DNA from: an uncultured Gammaproteobacteria bacterium
Lineage (GTDB): Bacteria > Patescibacteriota > Patescibacteriia > VMEV01 > CAYQCH01
Length of the DNA: 64,000 bases
NCBI GenBank assembly: GCA_964352335.1
Contig: CAYGRO010000004.1
Coordinates: 42,970-106,969, forward strand
Direction: 5' to 3'
Shown: positions 31,173-41,810 of the stretch, piece by piece
Layout of the letters: the number at the start of each line of letters is the position of its first letter
How positions within the stretch are numbered: the first letter of the stretch is position 1
Notes under the pieces: generated by a model
What the model was told of the DNA's origin: nothing
Databases searched by the model: none
What the model saw: the letters and a program-made list of their open reading frames with translations, nothing else
Program-made: the position numbers and the translations under genes

Positions 31173-32018
31173 ATGCCAATTAAAGTCTACAAACCAGTAA
31201 CTCCAGGACGACGCAAATCAAGCGTTAATGCTTTTGCTGAGTTAACAACTTCTTCACCAAAGAAGTCGTTAACAAGAAGTAAAAAACGTGGATCTGGACG
31301 TAACAATACAGGTAAAATCACTGTGAGACATCGTGGTGGTGGTGCTAAACGTCGTTACCGGCTTGTTGACTTTAAGCGACAAGAATTTGATATTCCTGCG
31401 AAAGTAGAAACAGTAGAGTATGATCCTAATCGATCTGCTTGGGTTGCGCTTCTTTCATACCGAAATGGAAAAAAAGCTTATATGCTTGCTCCACAAGGTT
31501 TAGAAGTTGGTAAGACAATCGTTTCATCTACTAAACGTGTTGATATCGAAGTTGGAAATAGAATGCCTTTAGATAAAATGCCAGTTGGTACTGTTATCTA
31601 TAATGTTGAATTATTTCCAGGTAGAGGTGGTTTACTAATTCGATCAGCTGGGCTAAGTGCTCAATTAATGGCGATCGAAGGTAAATATGCCACATTAAAA
31701 TTACCTTCAAAAGAAGTTCGAAAAGTACCTAAAGGTTGTGCTGCAACTGTAGGTGCTGTTAGTAATCCTGATCATCGTCTTGTACGATGGGGGAAAGCTG
31801 GACGAAAACGTCACTTAGGAATTCGACCAACTGTTCGTGGTAAAGCCATGAATCCAGTTGATCATCCACATGGTGGTGGTGAAGGTGGAAACCCAATTGG
31901 GATGAAGCATCCTAAGACTCCTTGGGGTAAACCTGCTTTGGGTGTTAAAACTCGAAAAGCAAAGAGAGCTTCAAATAAATTGATTATCCAAAGACGTCCT
32001 AAGAAACGTCGGAAATAA
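31173..32018 (+). CDS. rplB: Ribosomal protein L2
   Basis: Conserved L2 sequence. Confidence 0.95.
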   Translation: MPIKVYKPVTPGRRKSSVNAFAELTTSSPKKSLTRSKKRGSGRNNTGKITVRHRGGGAKRRYRLVDFKRQEFDIPAKVETVEYDPNRSAWVALLSYRNGKKAYMLAPQGLEVGKTIVSSTKRVDIEVGNRMPLDKMPVGTVIYNVELFPGRGGLLIRSAGLSAQLMAIEGKYATLKLPSKEVRKVPKGCAATVGAVSNPDHRLVRWGKAGRKRHLGIRPTVRGKAMNPVDHPHGGGEGGNPIGMKHPKTPWGKPALGVKTRKAKRASNKLIIQRRPKKRRK

Positions 32019-32032
32019 CTTGAGTAAAAACT

Positions 32033-32308
32033 ATGTCTAGAAGTCTTAAAAAAGGTCCATTTGTAGATGCTAAACTGATGAAAAAAGTCAGTAAGCTTAA
32101 ATCTGGAGATTCAACGGTTATTAAAACATGGGCACGTCATAGTACAATCACTCCTGAAATGGTTGGGTTTCGATTTGCTGTTCATAACGGACGTCAACAT
32201 GTTCAAATAGCGGTTGTAGAAGACATGGTAGGACATAAGCTTGGTGAATTTGTACCAACACGAACCTTTAAGGGTCATGGTGGTAAAATGGCCAAAGCAC
32301 AAAAATAA
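32033..32308 (+). CDS. rpsS: Ribosomal protein S19
   Basis: Conserved S19 sequence. Confidence 0.95.
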   Translation: MSRSLKKGPFVDAKLMKKVSKLKSGDSTVIKTWARHSTITPEMVGFRFAVHNGRQHVQIAVVEDMVGHKLGEFVPTRTFKGHGGKMAKAQK

Positions 32309-32322
32309 TCTAAGAAAGATCT

Positions 32323-32853
32323 ATGAAAGAAGTTTCTGCTACATTACGAAATCTCCAAATTTCTCCTAGAAAAGTCAGACTAGTTGCTGATCTGATTAGA
32401 GGTGCTTCTGTTTCTGATGCACAAAATCAGCTTAACTTTTCTGCAAAAGGAGCTTCTCGACCAGTCTTAAAGTTATTAAATTCTGCTATTGCAAATGCAG
32501 ATCATAACTTAAACTTAGATACTTCGACTCTTCGAATTAAAACAATTTTAGTTAATGAAGGACCAATGCTTAAACGCTTTATGCCAAGAGCTTTTGGTCG
32601 AGCTACGACTATTCGAAAACGAATGTCTCACATTAAAATCGTTTTAGAAGGAGAAGAAGGAAAAGCTAAACCTAAAAAAACTACGAAGAAAAAAGCATCT
32701 GCTGATGAAAAAGAAGTAAATCAAGCTCCAGAAAAGAAACAGCCAGCAGATACAAAAAAACAACAACCAATCAAATCAGAACCACGGAAAATGAAATCAC
32801 AAAATCATAACCAAACAGGTGGTAAACGAACAATGAATACAAAGAATAAATAG
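32323..32853 (+). CDS. rplV: Ribosomal protein L22 with a Lys-rich C-terminal extension
   Basis: L22 core plus a roughly 60-aa basic tail. Confidence 0.9.
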   Translation: MKEVSATLRNLQISPRKVRLVADLIRGASVSDAQNQLNFSAKGASRPVLKLLNSAIANADHNLNLDTSTLRIKTILVNEGPMLKRFMPRAFGRATTIRKRMSHIKIVLEGEEGKAKPKKTTKKKASADEKEVNQAPEKKQPADTKKQQPIKSEPRKMKSQNHNQTGGKRTMNTKNK

Positions 32854-32936
32854 ATTTCAGCCTGTAGCTAGTGACTAGTCGTTTGTAAGATGTACAAACA
32901 ACCAGCTACTAGCTACGAGCTAATAGCAATAATTAT
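32854..32936. repeat. k-mer-iterated inverted-repeat spacer of the ctgtagc family
   Basis: cctgtagctagtgactagtcgtttgta...tacaaacaaccagctactagctacgagc. Confidence 0.7.
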
Positions 32937-33674
32937 ATGGGACAAAAAGTAAATCCAATTGGGTTTCGACTCGGTGTCATCAAAGACTGGCAGTCAAAAT
33001 GGTATGCTAATAAGCAGAACTATCCTGCCATGCTTGAACAAGATATCAAGATTCGAAAATACCTCAAAAAAGAACTAAAGGAGTCCTTAGTGAATGCTAT
33101 TGATATTGAACGATCTCGAAAAAATGTTGTTATTAATGCTCATGTTGCAAAACCAGGTTTAGTTATTGGTCGCGGTGGAGCTGGAATTGAAAAGCTTAAA
33201 AAGCATATTCAACAAAAATTCCTTCCACAAAAGACTAATGTACAAATCAATGTGCAAGAAGTGAAACAACCAAATCGTCATGCTGCTATTGTTTTACAAA
33301 CAATTGCAACAGATCTTGAAAAACGTACTGCCTTTAGACGAGCAATGAAACAAGCTGCTGGTCGTATCGAAAGAGAAGGAGTAAAAGGATTCAAAATTCA
33401 AGTGAAAGGACGATTAAATGGTGCCGAAATTGCTCGTAGCGAATCTATCTCTCATGGTCTTATTCCATTGCACACATTGCGTGCTGATGTAGACTATTCT
33501 CGAGGTGTTGCTCATACAACGTATGGAGTAATTGGAATCAAAGTATGGATCTATAAGGGAGAAGTCTTTGAAAAAAAGAAAGTGGAAAAAAAGGAAGCGA
33601 CTCCAACAACAAAAAAAGCTCCAGTAAAAAAAGCTTCTAAACCAAAAAAAGAAGAAAAAGAAGCAGTCAAATAA
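32937..33674 (+). CDS. rpsC: Ribosomal protein S3 with a Lys-rich tail
   Basis: Conserved S3 sequence. Confidence 0.95.
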   Translation: MGQKVNPIGFRLGVIKDWQSKWYANKQNYPAMLEQDIKIRKYLKKELKESLVNAIDIERSRKNVVINAHVAKPGLVIGRGGAGIEKLKKHIQQKFLPQKTNVQINVQEVKQPNRHAAIVLQTIATDLEKRTAFRRAMKQAAGRIEREGVKGFKIQVKGRLNGAEIARSESISHGLIPLHTLRADVDYSRGVAHTTYGVIGIKVWIYKGEVFEKKKVEKKEATPTTKKAPVKKASKPKKEEKEAVK

Positions 33675-33755
33675 TATACTGCCTGTAGCCTGTGGCTTGT
33701 CGCTTGTACCTATACGAGCAACAAGCCACGAGCTACAAGCTCTACTCATAAATCT
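33675..33755. repeat. k-mer-iterated inverted-repeat spacer of the ctgtagc family
   Basis: cctgtagcctgtggcttgtcgcttgta...tacgagcaacaagccacgagctacaag. Confidence 0.7.
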
Positions 33756-34169
33756 ATGTTATTACCTAAAAAGACAAAACATCGAAAATGGCATAAAGGA
33801 CGGCGACGATTTACTCGTAATGCTACGTCTGGCTTCGATTTGAGTTTCGGAGGTTTTGGTCTACAGTCTTTAGATAATAAATGGATTACATCACGACAAA
33901 TTGAAGCAGCTCGTAGAGCAATGTCTCGATATGTACAACGTGGTGGAAAAATTTGGATTCGAATCTTTCCTCATCGACCTATTACTCAAAAAGGAAGTGA
34001 AGTTCCTATGGGTAAAGGGAAAGGTGCTGTTGATCATTATGTTCAAGAAGTACGTCCAGGAACAATGATTTTCGAAATCGATGGAGTAGATGAGAAAACA
34101 GCTCGAGAAGCAATGCGTTTAGCTTCTCATAAATTGCCAATTAAAACGAAATTTGTTGTAAAAAACTAA
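33756..34169 (+). CDS. rplP: Ribosomal protein L16
   Basis: Conserved L16 sequence. Confidence 0.95.
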   Translation: MLLPKKTKHRKWHKGRRRFTRNATSGFDLSFGGFGLQSLDNKWITSRQIEAARRAMSRYVQRGGKIWIRIFPHRPITQKGSEVPMGKGKGAVDHYVQEVRPGTMIFEIDGVDEKTAREAMRLASHKLPIKTKFVVKN

Positions 34170-34171
34170 TT

Positions 34172-34399
34172 ATGAAGCACTCAGCAAAACAATTGCAAGA
34201 TATGTCAGAAAAGCAGTTAGATGAATTGCTTGGTCAACTTCGTGGTGAAATACGACAAATGCGTTTCTTGGTAACACATGGAGAGTTAAAGCAAGTACAC
34301 AAGATTAAAGTGGTTAAAAGAAGTATTGCAAGAATCATGATGCAAAAAGGAAAGCTCTCAAAAGCTGAACCATTGACAACTAAGCAAGAACAAGGTTAA
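34172..34399 (+). CDS. rpmC: Ribosomal protein L29
   Basis: Conserved L29 sequence. Confidence 0.85.
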   Translation: MKHSAKQLQDMSEKQLDELLGQLRGEIRQMRFLVTHGELKQVHKIKVVKRSIARIMMQKGKLSKAEPLTTKQEQG

Positions 34400-34411
34400 C
34401 TAGTTTGAACT

Positions 34412-34657
34412 ATGACTGAAGAAAAACCAACTACAATTGTACGGAAACTTAAAGGAACTGTTGTTAGCAATAAAATGGCTAAAACAGCTGTGGTTAGTGT
34501 TAATCGAGTAAAAACTCACACTAAGTACAATAAGCAGTATACAGTTTCAAAAAAGTATAAAGTACATGATCCAGAAAATAAAGCTGTTATTGGTGAAGTC
34601 GTAGAGTTTATCGCTTGTAGACCACTATCTAAAACTAAACGTTGGAAACTCGTTTAA
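34412..34657 (+). CDS. rpsQ: Ribosomal protein S17
   Basis: Conserved S17 sequence. Confidence 0.9.
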   Translation: MTEEKPTTIVRKLKGTVVSNKMAKTAVVSVNRVKTHTKYNKQYTVSKKYKVHDPENKAVIGEVVEFIACRPLSKTKRWKLV

Positions 34658-34677
34658 AGAGCATTTGAAATAGAAAT

Positions 34678-35049
34678 ATGATCCAAGAAGAATCAAAATT
34701 GAAAGTAGCTGATAATAGCGGAGCAAAATTACTAAAAGTAATCCGTGTTCTTGGTGGTTATCAAAAACGATATGCTCGTATTGGTGATATTGTTACTGTT
34801 ACAGTAAAAGAAGCTTCACCAAATAGTGCTGTTAAAAAAGGTGATGTTGTTCATGCTGTAATTGTTCGAACAAGAAAAGAAACACGAAGAAAAGATGGAA
34901 CCTATATCCGATTTGATGAAAATGCTGCTGTTGTTGTTGATAAAGATTCAAAAGAACCAAAAGGTACTCGTGTCTTTGGTCCTATCGCTCGTGAATTGCG
35001 TGCGAAAGGGTATCAAAAAATTATCTCATTAGCACCTGAAGTATTATAA
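34678..35049 (+). CDS. rplN: Ribosomal protein L14
   Basis: Conserved L14 sequence. Confidence 0.95.
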   Translation: MIQEESKLKVADNSGAKLLKVIRVLGGYQKRYARIGDIVTVTVKEASPNSAVKKGDVVHAVIVRTRKETRRKDGTYIRFDENAAVVVDKDSKEPKGTRVFGPIARELRAKGYQKIISLAPEVL

Positions 35050-35053
35050 TGTT

Positions 35054-35344
35054 ATGAAAATTAAAACTGGACAAACAGTAAAAGTACTTTCTGGAAAAGA
35101 CAAGGGAAAAACTGGTCAAGTGATTCAAGTATTCCCAAAGCTTGATAAGGTTGTTGTTGATGGAGTTAATAAATCATTCAAACATCTTAAACGAAGACAT
35201 GTAAGTGGTACTGAAAAGGGAGAACGAGTTGAATACTCATCACCAATTCATGTTTCAAACGTTAAGGTGGTTGAAGTAGAGAAAGTAAAAAAAGAAGATA
35301 AACCGAAAGCAAAGAAAGCTGATAAAAAAGAAGACAAGAAATAA
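35054..35344 (+). CDS. rplX: Ribosomal protein L24 with a Lys-rich tail
   Basis: KOW motif. Confidence 0.9.
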   Translation: MKIKTGQTVKVLSGKDKGKTGQVIQVFPKLDKVVVDGVNKSFKHLKRRHVSGTEKGERVEYSSPIHVSNVKVVEVEKVKKEDKPKAKKADKKEDKK

Positions 35345-35426
35345 ATTGATGCCAGTGGCCAGTGGCTAGTAGCTTGTAGAAATACTAAAAGCTACCAGCT
35401 ACTAGCTACAGGCTACTAGAAAAACT
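35345..35426. repeat. k-mer-iterated inverted-repeat spacer of the ctgtagc family
   Basis: ccagtggccagtggctagtagcttgtag...ctaccagctactagctacaggctactag. Confidence 0.7.
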
Positions 35427-35984
35427 ATGGCAACTTTAACGCAAAAACTCTATAAAGAAAAAGTAGCTCCTGAATTAAAGGAGAAGTTTAACTATGCCAA
35501 TGTAATGCAAGTTCCAGGCATTGAAAAAATTGTGTTAAATGTTGGTGCGGGTACAAAAACAGATTACAATCTAGACGCCGTTGCTGCGAACCTTGCACAG
35601 ATTACAGGGCAACAACCAGTAAAAACTCTTGCTAAAAAATCAATTTCTAACTTTAAAATTAGAGATGGCCAACCGATTGGTTTAAAGGTGACATTACGAG
35701 GACCTCGTATGTTTGAATTCCTTGACCGATTGGTACATATCACATTTCCTCGTGTGCACGATTTCCGTGGATTATCTGCAAATGCATTTGATCGACAAGG
35801 AAACTATGCAATTGGATTTAAAGATCAGTTGGCTTTTCCTGAAATTAAAGCAGAAGGGATTGATCAGCTGCATGGATTAGAAATTGTTATTACAACTTCT
35901 GCTCCTGATGCAGAACAAGGGTACGAACTTCTAAAAGGTCTTGGTTTTCCATTATTAGAACGGAAAACAAAGAAAAAATCTTAA
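35427..35984 (+). CDS. rplE: Ribosomal protein L5
   Basis: Conserved L5 sequence. Confidence 0.95.
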   Translation: MATLTQKLYKEKVAPELKEKFNYANVMQVPGIEKIVLNVGAGTKTDYNLDAVAANLAQITGQQPVKTLAKKSISNFKIRDGQPIGLKVTLRGPRMFEFLDRLVHITFPRVHDFRGLSANAFDRQGNYAIGFKDQLAFPEIKAEGIDQLHGLEIVITTSAPDAEQGYELLKGLGFPLLERKTKKKS

Positions 35985-36002
35985 GTACTATTACGAATAC
36001 CT

Positions 36003-36188
36003 ATGGCTACTGAGGCACAAAGAGCAAAATCTCGAAAAAAACCAAAGTACTCAACGCGTATTGTACGTCGTTGTTGGCGATGTGGTCGTCAACGCGGTTA
36101 TATGCGTCGATTTAACCTTTGTCGAATTTGCTTTCGAGAACTTGCAAGTCAAGGACAAGTTCCGGGAGTTCGTAAGAGTTCTTGGTAA
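36003..36188 (+). CDS. rpsZ: Ribosomal protein S14, zinc-binding short type
   Basis: 61 aa with CWRCG...CRIC. Confidence 0.9.
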   Translation: MATEAQRAKSRKKPKYSTRIVRRCWRCGRQRGYMRRFNLCRICFRELASQGQVPGVRKSSW

Positions 36189-36206
36189 GAATGAATCTAT
36201 CTAAAA

Positions 36207-36635
36207 ATGACTATGGGAATGACAAACGATCCAATTAGTGACATGCTTACACGCATCAGAAACGCTTCAGCGGTTAGAAAACCTGAGGTTGTGATGCCTT
36301 ATTCGAAATTAAAGCATAAAATTGCTGACATCCTTTCTACAGAAGGTTATGTTGGTAAAATTACGAAAGTTGAACCAGATACTACAAAACCAGGTTCATC
36401 TCGTTTTGCTGAACTTCGAATTGGGTTAAAATATGATGAAGAAAAGCAACCAACTATCAATAATTTGAAGCGTATTAGTAAACCAGGTTTACGGATCTAT
36501 AAAGGATCTGATCGACTTCCTGTTGTGCTTAATCACTTAGGTATTGCTATTCTTTCAACTTCTCAAGGTCTTATGACTAATAATGAAGCAAGAAAGAAAG
36601 GTATTGGTGGGGAAGTTCTTTGCGAAGTCTATTAA
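36207..36635 (+). CDS. rpsH: Ribosomal protein S8 (true start possibly 36213-36219)
   Basis: The DPISDMLTRIRNA motif. Confidence 0.92.
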   Translation: MTMGMTNDPISDMLTRIRNASAVRKPEVVMPYSKLKHKIADILSTEGYVGKITKVEPDTTKPGSSRFAELRIGLKYDEEKQPTINNLKRISKPGLRIYKGSDRLPVVLNHLGIAILSTSQGLMTNNEARKKGIGGEVLCEVY

Positions 36636-36714
36636 AAAACCATTGACCATTGACATGTGACCTCTGACAAAGTAAGGTCAAATGTCAATAGTCAAGGGTC
36701 AAATGTAAAAAATT
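36636..36714. repeat. k-mer-iterated inverted-repeat spacer of the ttgac/gtcaa family
   Basis: ccattgaccattgacatgtgacctctgac...ggtcaaatgtcaatagtcaagggtcaaatg. Confidence 0.7.
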
Positions 36715-37257
36715 ATGTCTAGAATCGGAAAACAACTTATTGAAATCCCAAATGGTGTAGAATTAACTGTCACTGATGGTTTAGTGAAAGCAAAATCATC
36801 TAAGGGAGAACTTACATTGCAACTCCCAAAAGAGTTAACTCTTCATATTGATGGGAATCAGGCATCTGTGAAAGTTGAAAATGAAGGTGATTATCGACAA
36901 AATGTTTTATGGGGAACAAATGCAAGTTTAGTTTTGAATATGGTAAAAGGTGTTCATGAAGGTTATTCAAAACAATTAGAAGTAAACGGAATCGGATATA
37001 AAGTTGCTTTATCTGGAAAAAAACTTACATTAAACTTAGGGTTTTCTCATGCAATTGATTATGAATTACCTGCTGGAATTGATGCTAATGTAGAAAAGAA
37101 CCTTATTACAATTTCTGGAATTGACAAACAACAAGTAGGTCAAGTTGCTGCTCAAATTCGTTCATACAAAAAACCTGAACCTTATAAAGGAAAAGGGATT
37201 AAATACGTTGATGAAGTCATCCGTCGAAAAGCTGGTAAAGCTGCCGGTGGTGAATAA
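36715..37257 (+). CDS. rplF: Ribosomal protein L6
   Basis: Conserved L6 sequence. Confidence 0.95.
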   Translation: MSRIGKQLIEIPNGVELTVTDGLVKAKSSKGELTLQLPKELTLHIDGNQASVKVENEGDYRQNVLWGTNASLVLNMVKGVHEGYSKQLEVNGIGYKVALSGKKLTLNLGFSHAIDYELPAGIDANVEKNLITISGIDKQQVGQVAAQIRSYKKPEPYKGKGIKYVDEVIRRKAGKAAGGE

Positions 37258-37262
37258 AGTTT

Positions 37263-37622
37263 ATGAATAAGAAACTACAAAAAGTCATTCAAACCCAACG
37301 TCAACGTCGTGTAAAACGAGTACGCGCGAAGATTTCTGGTACAACAACAACACCTCGTCTTGCTGTTTATCGAAGTTTAACAAACTTTACTGCTCAGTTA
37401 ATTGATGATCAAAAAGGTCATACAATTGCCTTCGTTGATCAAAAGAAATTAGGAAAAAAAGGAAAACCACTTGAATTAGCGACTGAATTAGGAAAGAAAA
37501 TGGCTGAAGAAGCGAAAAAAGCTGGTATAACCTCTATTGTTTTCGATCGTCGTCATTATAAATATCATGGACGCGTAAAAGCTTTTGCAGAAGCTGCAAG
37601 AGAAGGCGGTCTACAATTCTAG
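37263..37622 (+). CDS. rplR: Ribosomal protein L18
   Basis: Conserved L18 sequence. Confidence 0.9.
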   Translation: MNKKLQKVIQTQRQRRVKRVRAKISGTTTTPRLAVYRSLTNFTAQLIDDQKGHTIAFVDQKKLGKKGKPLELATELGKKMAEEAKKAGITSIVFDRRHYKYHGRVKAFAEAAREGGLQF

Positions 37623-37640
37623 TTACAATTACAAATAATT

Positions 37641-38231
37641 ATGTCTGAAACATCTAAACCAACTGAATCAAAAGAAGTGACTGAAAAGAAATCAGCTTCT
37701 ACTCCAAATCAAAGAAATGGAGAAAAGCGACAATCTTCTCGTCCAAGACGTCCACGTAAGCCACGTGAAGAACAAGAATTTGATCAAAAAATCATTGATG
37801 TTTCACGTGTTACTCGTGTAACAGAAGGTGGTAAACAAATGTCTTTTAGAGCAACTGTTGCTATTGGAGATAGAAAAGGACGTGTTGCTGTTGGATTAGG
37901 AAAAGGATTAGATGTTACAAATGCTATTAATAAAGCAGTTGGGCGTGCTAAAAAAGACTTAGTAACTATTCCATTAGATGATGTTGGAAGTATTCCACAT
38001 GAGTTAACAGAAAAATTTGGAGCAGCTAAAATCATGATGCGACCAGCAAAACAAGGGACTGGTATTATTGCAGGTGGTGTTATGCGAGTTATTTTAGAAT
38101 TATCTGGTATTAGAAATGTTGTTGGTAAAATGAATGGTGCGAAGAATAAAATTAATAATTCTAAAGCAACTATTGAAGCATTAAAACGTTTACAAACTGA
38201 AACAGCACGAAATGCTCAACGTGGTAAATAA
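37641..38231 (+). CDS. rpsE: Ribosomal protein S5 with a basic N-terminal extension of about 40 aa
   Basis: S5 core. It is directly followed by L15 with no L30 gene between. Confidence 0.92.
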   Translation: MSETSKPTESKEVTEKKSASTPNQRNGEKRQSSRPRRPRKPREEQEFDQKIIDVSRVTRVTEGGKQMSFRATVAIGDRKGRVAVGLGKGLDVTNAINKAVGRAKKDLVTIPLDDVGSIPHELTEKFGAAKIMMRPAKQGTGIIAGGVMRVILELSGIRNVVGKMNGAKNKINNSKATIEALKRLQTETARNAQRGK

Positions 38232-38236
38232 ATCCT

Positions 38237-38680
38237 ATGTCTAACTTACAATCACACAATTTACAAGGTCCAAAAGGTGATGCTAAACGAAAGCGTAAAC
38301 GACTTGGTCGTGGTAATGCTTCTGGTTCAGGAACTTATGCTGGACGTGGTCTTAAAGGACAAAAATCGCGTTCTGGTGTTAGTGGTTTAAAACTAAAAGG
38401 GATTCGTCGAAGAATTCTTTCTATTCCAAAATTACGAGGGTTCACAAGTCTTTCTGCAAAAAATGCAGTAGTAAATCTTGGTGAATTAGAACAGGCTTTC
38501 ACTGCTGGAGCAATTGTTTCTCCAAAAACATTAGTGAAAAAAGGTTTGATTGTTACCCCAAGAAATGGTGTGAAAATTCTTAGCGAAGGATCATTAACAA
38601 AAGCACTTACATTTAGAAAGGTAAAAGCATCAGCTACTGCTAAAGAAAAAATTGAAAAAGCTGGTGGGAAGTTTGAATAA
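38237..38680 (+). CDS. rplO: Ribosomal protein L15
   Basis: Conserved L15 sequence. Confidence 0.92.
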   Translation: MSNLQSHNLQGPKGDAKRKRKRLGRGNASGSGTYAGRGLKGQKSRSGVSGLKLKGIRRRILSIPKLRGFTSLSAKNAVVNLGELEQAFTAGAIVSPKTLVKKGLIVTPRNGVKILSEGSLTKALTFRKVKASATAKEKIEKAGGKFE

Positions 38681-38762
38681 AATCGTAAACAACGTAAACT
38701 TGTAAAAACGTAAAATCTTATTAATTCTTCTTTACGATTTTACACCTTTACGCATTTACAAT
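38681..38762. repeat. k-mer-iterated inverted-repeat spacer of the gtaaa family
   Basis: cgtaaacaacgtaaacttgtaaaaacgtaaaatc...tttacgattttacacctttacgcatttac. Confidence 0.7.
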
Positions 38763-40031
38763 ATGGCTAGTAAACTGAAACAAGTATTCCAAGTAAAAGA
38801 TTTACGGAAAAGCATTCTCTTCGTTTTAGCAATGCTTTTTTTGTATCGTGTTTTAGCTCATATCCCTGTACCTGGAGTAAATACAGATAATCTGGCTGCT
38901 TTTTTTGAATCAAATCAATTATTAGGTTTAGTAAATCTTTTTTCTGGAGGTGGTCTTCAAAGCTTTTCTTTAGCTGCTTTGGGAGTTGCTCCATATATTA
39001 CTGCTTCAATTATTTTCCAATTATTGGTGATGATTGTTCCTAGTTTAGAAGAATTACAAAAAGAAGGTGAGTCTGGTCAACAAAAAATTAATCAATGGAC
39101 TCGATGGGTGAGTGTTCCATTAGCTTTTATTCAGTCTTTTGGTTTCATTACCGTAATTAGACAACAAAGTCAGTTTGATATTGCTTCTACAATGACTCCA
39201 ACACAAATCGCTATTGCAATGGTTGCAATGACTGCTGGTTCTGTCTTCTTGATGTGGATTGGTGAGTTGATTTCTGAAAAGAATATTGGAAACGGTATTT
39301 CTTTAATGATTTTTGCTGGTATCGTTGCTGGTTTACCTACAGTATTGCAACAAACTGTTGTTTCATTTGATCAATCACAAATCTTTAATATTTTGATTTT
39401 TGCGGCAATTACATTAATCACAATTATTGCCATTGTCTTTATTACAGAAGGGCAAAGAAATGTTCCTGTATCATATGCACGAATGTCGAATACTGGTGAT
39501 AATGTAGATTCTCATTTGCCAATTCGTGTGAATATGGCTGGTGTAATTCCAATTATCTTTGCTATTTCTGTTATTTTATTTCCACCAACGATTGCTCAAT
39601 TCTTAATATCAGCACAAAGCCAATGGGTTGTTGATGCTGCTAATTGGGTTATTGAATTATTTAATAATGGATTATTTTACGGAGTTATTTACTTTATTGC
39701 TGTTGTTGTTTTCACCTTCTTTTACTCAGGTGTTATTTTCAAGCCAGATCAAGTTGCTGAAAACTTACAAAAACAAGGAGCTTTTGTTCCTGGAATTAGA
39801 CCTGGAAAACCAACAGAAGAATACCTTCAATTTATTGTAAACAGAATCATGTTAACAGGTGCTTTGTTCTTAGGTATCGTTGCTATTTTACCTTTGATTG
39901 TTCAAGAATTTACAGGATTACAAAATCTTATTGTTGGAGGTACCTCAATTTTGATCGTTGTGGCTGTTGTTATTGATATTGTTCAACAAATTAACTCTCA
40001 ATTAACAATGAGAGATTACGACGCACTATAA
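38763..40031 (+). CDS. secY: Preprotein translocase SecY
   Basis: 10-TM SecY sequence. Confidence 0.95.
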   Translation: MASKLKQVFQVKDLRKSILFVLAMLFLYRVLAHIPVPGVNTDNLAAFFESNQLLGLVNLFSGGGLQSFSLAALGVAPYITASIIFQLLVMIVPSLEELQKEGESGQQKINQWTRWVSVPLAFIQSFGFITVIRQQSQFDIASTMTPTQIAIAMVAMTAGSVFLMWIGELISEKNIGNGISLMIFAGIVAGLPTVLQQTVVSFDQSQIFNILIFAAITLITIIAIVFITEGQRNVPVSYARMSNTGDNVDSHLPIRVNMAGVIPIIFAISVILFPPTIAQFLISAQSQWVVDAANWVIELFNNGLFYGVIYFIAVVVFTFFYSGVIFKPDQVAENLQKQGAFVPGIRPGKPTEEYLQFIVNRIMLTGALFLGIVAILPLIVQEFTGLQNLIVGGTSILIVVAVVIDIVQQINSQLTMRDYDAL

Positions 40032-40183
40032 AGAAGGAACTATTTGATGTAAAAATGCTCCGCTGAATGTCGGGGCATTTTTATTGCCAAAACCTCTAAA
40101 AATGCTATAGTTTCAATACTTTACAAGGATAATCAGATATTTACTGCTTTAAGGCTATAAAAGCTTTATTGCTTTCTTAACAT

Positions 40184-40837
40184 ATGAATCAGCCAACGAT
40201 TATTATCATGGGGTCTGCAGGGTCTGGAAAAGGAACTCAAGGACAATTACTAGAAGAACAATTAGGGTATGAAATAGTAGAAGCTGGAGCGATTTTTAGA
40301 AAAACGGCTCTAATGGACACTGAGCTAGGTCGCAAAGTAAAGCACATTAATGATTCTGGTGGACATGCTGATGATGAGTTGATCACAGAGCTTATGCGTG
40401 AACATATGAAAGATCTTTCTTCTGAAACATCACTTCTGATTGATGGGTATCCTCGAACAATGGGGCAAGCTGATAGATTAGAGGCATTGTTAAAAGACTC
40501 TGGGCATAACCCTGAAAATATTGTTGCGGTATGGATTAATGTTCCACGTGAAGAAACAGAACGTCGATTATTAAATCGATCGCAATGTACTGTTTGTAAA
40601 ACAGTATTTATGACACGAGAGGTCACACAATGTCCTCACTGTAATGGAGAAGTCAAACCTCGTGATTATGATAAGCCAGAAGCAATCAAAAAACGATTAG
40701 ATTTTTTTGATGAAAAGTCGAAACCTGTTATTGAGTATTATCGGGAACAAGGAAAATTGATTGATGTAAATGGTGAACAAGAAGTTGCTCATGTCTTTGA
40801 AGAAATCAAAGAAAAACTAAAACCCTATATTAAATAG
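40184..40837 (+). CDS. adk: Adenylate kinase with a Zn-finger lid
   Basis: GSAGSGKGTQ P-loop and lid CTVC...CPHC. Confidence 0.92.
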   Translation: MNQPTIIIMGSAGSGKGTQGQLLEEQLGYEIVEAGAIFRKTALMDTELGRKVKHINDSGGHADDELITELMREHMKDLSSETSLLIDGYPRTMGQADRLEALLKDSGHNPENIVAVWINVPREETERRLLNRSQCTVCKTVFMTREVTQCPHCNGEVKPRDYDKPEAIKKRLDFFDEKSKPVIEYYREQGKLIDVNGEQEVAHVFEEIKEKLKPYIK

Positions 40838-40939
40838 ACAAATGCAGATTAAAGACAGATTAACTCCAGACAAATACAGTCATCTGCACTAGTCTGAATC
40901 TAATCTGAACTTATCTGAACAAGTCTCTGTGAATCAGCT
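40838..40939. repeat. k-mer-iterated inverted-repeat spacer of the cagat/atctg family
   Basis: gcagattaaagacagattaactccagacaaatacagtcatctgc...tagtctgaatctaatctgaacttatctgaac. Confidence 0.65.
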
Positions 40940-41719
40940 ATGGTCATTGTAAAAAATAAAGAGCAAATTGATGGGATTAGAAAAAGTTGCAAATTACTTG
41001 CAGAGGTTTTAGCTATGGTGGGTAAGCAAGTAAGACCAGGAGTAAGCCCAAAAGAATTAGATGTATTGGCAGAAAAATTGATTCGAGAAGCAGGAGGGAA
41101 ACCTGCTTTTAAAGGGTATAGAACAATGCCAGGTATTAAAGCATTTCCTTCTACTATTTGTGCTTCTGTTAATGATATTGTCGTTCATGGTTTTGGTGAT
41201 TCCGATGAGCCGTTAAAAGAAGGGGATATAATCGGTATTGATTGTGGGATAAATCTAAATGAGTATTATTCTGATATGGCAAAAACTTTTGCTGTTGGAA
41301 AAATTGATCCAGAAATCCAAAAAATGATGGACGTAACAGAAAAATCACTTTATAAGGGGATTGAGCAAATGAAACCAGGAGTTTCCATTCGAGCTATTTC
41401 AGCTGCAATTGAAAATCATATACAACCACATGGATATGGAATCATTAGAGGTTTTGCTGGACATGGAGTTGGGTTACAAGTTCATGAAGACCCGTGGATT
41501 CCAAATTATGTAGATGATCACTTAGAAGATAGTTTGTCTTTGGTAATGCAACCTGGTCATGTATTTGCGATTGAGCCAATGGTGACAAATGGGGGAGAAG
41601 ATGTAGAAATTCTTAGTGATGGGTGGTCAGTACAAACGGATGATCATTCTATTAGCGCTCATTTTGAGCATACTGTACTTGTTACAGAAGATGGGTATGA
41701 AATCTTAACATTATTGTGA
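40940..41719 (+). CDS. map: Methionine aminopeptidase type I
   Basis: Metal-ligand motifs including IVVHGFGDSD. Confidence 0.9.
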   Translation: MVIVKNKEQIDGIRKSCKLLAEVLAMVGKQVRPGVSPKELDVLAEKLIREAGGKPAFKGYRTMPGIKAFPSTICASVNDIVVHGFGDSDEPLKEGDIIGIDCGINLNEYYSDMAKTFAVGKIDPEIQKMMDVTEKSLYKGIEQMKPGVSIRAISAAIENHIQPHGYGIIRGFAGHGVGLQVHEDPWIPNYVDDHLEDSLSLVMQPGHVFAIEPMVTNGGEDVEILSDGWSVQTDDHSISAHFEHTVLVTEDGYEILTLL

Positions 41720-41810
41720 TGCGAATCTGCGAATACATTCGAATCTACAAATCATTACATATATTTGTAGATTAGTGTTCATTCGTATATTAGCATCACA
41801 CATTCGTATA
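41720..41810. repeat. MITE-like palindromic repeat, copy A
   Basis: gattcgaatctacaaat...atttgtagatt...agcatcacacattcgta. Confidence 0.6.
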
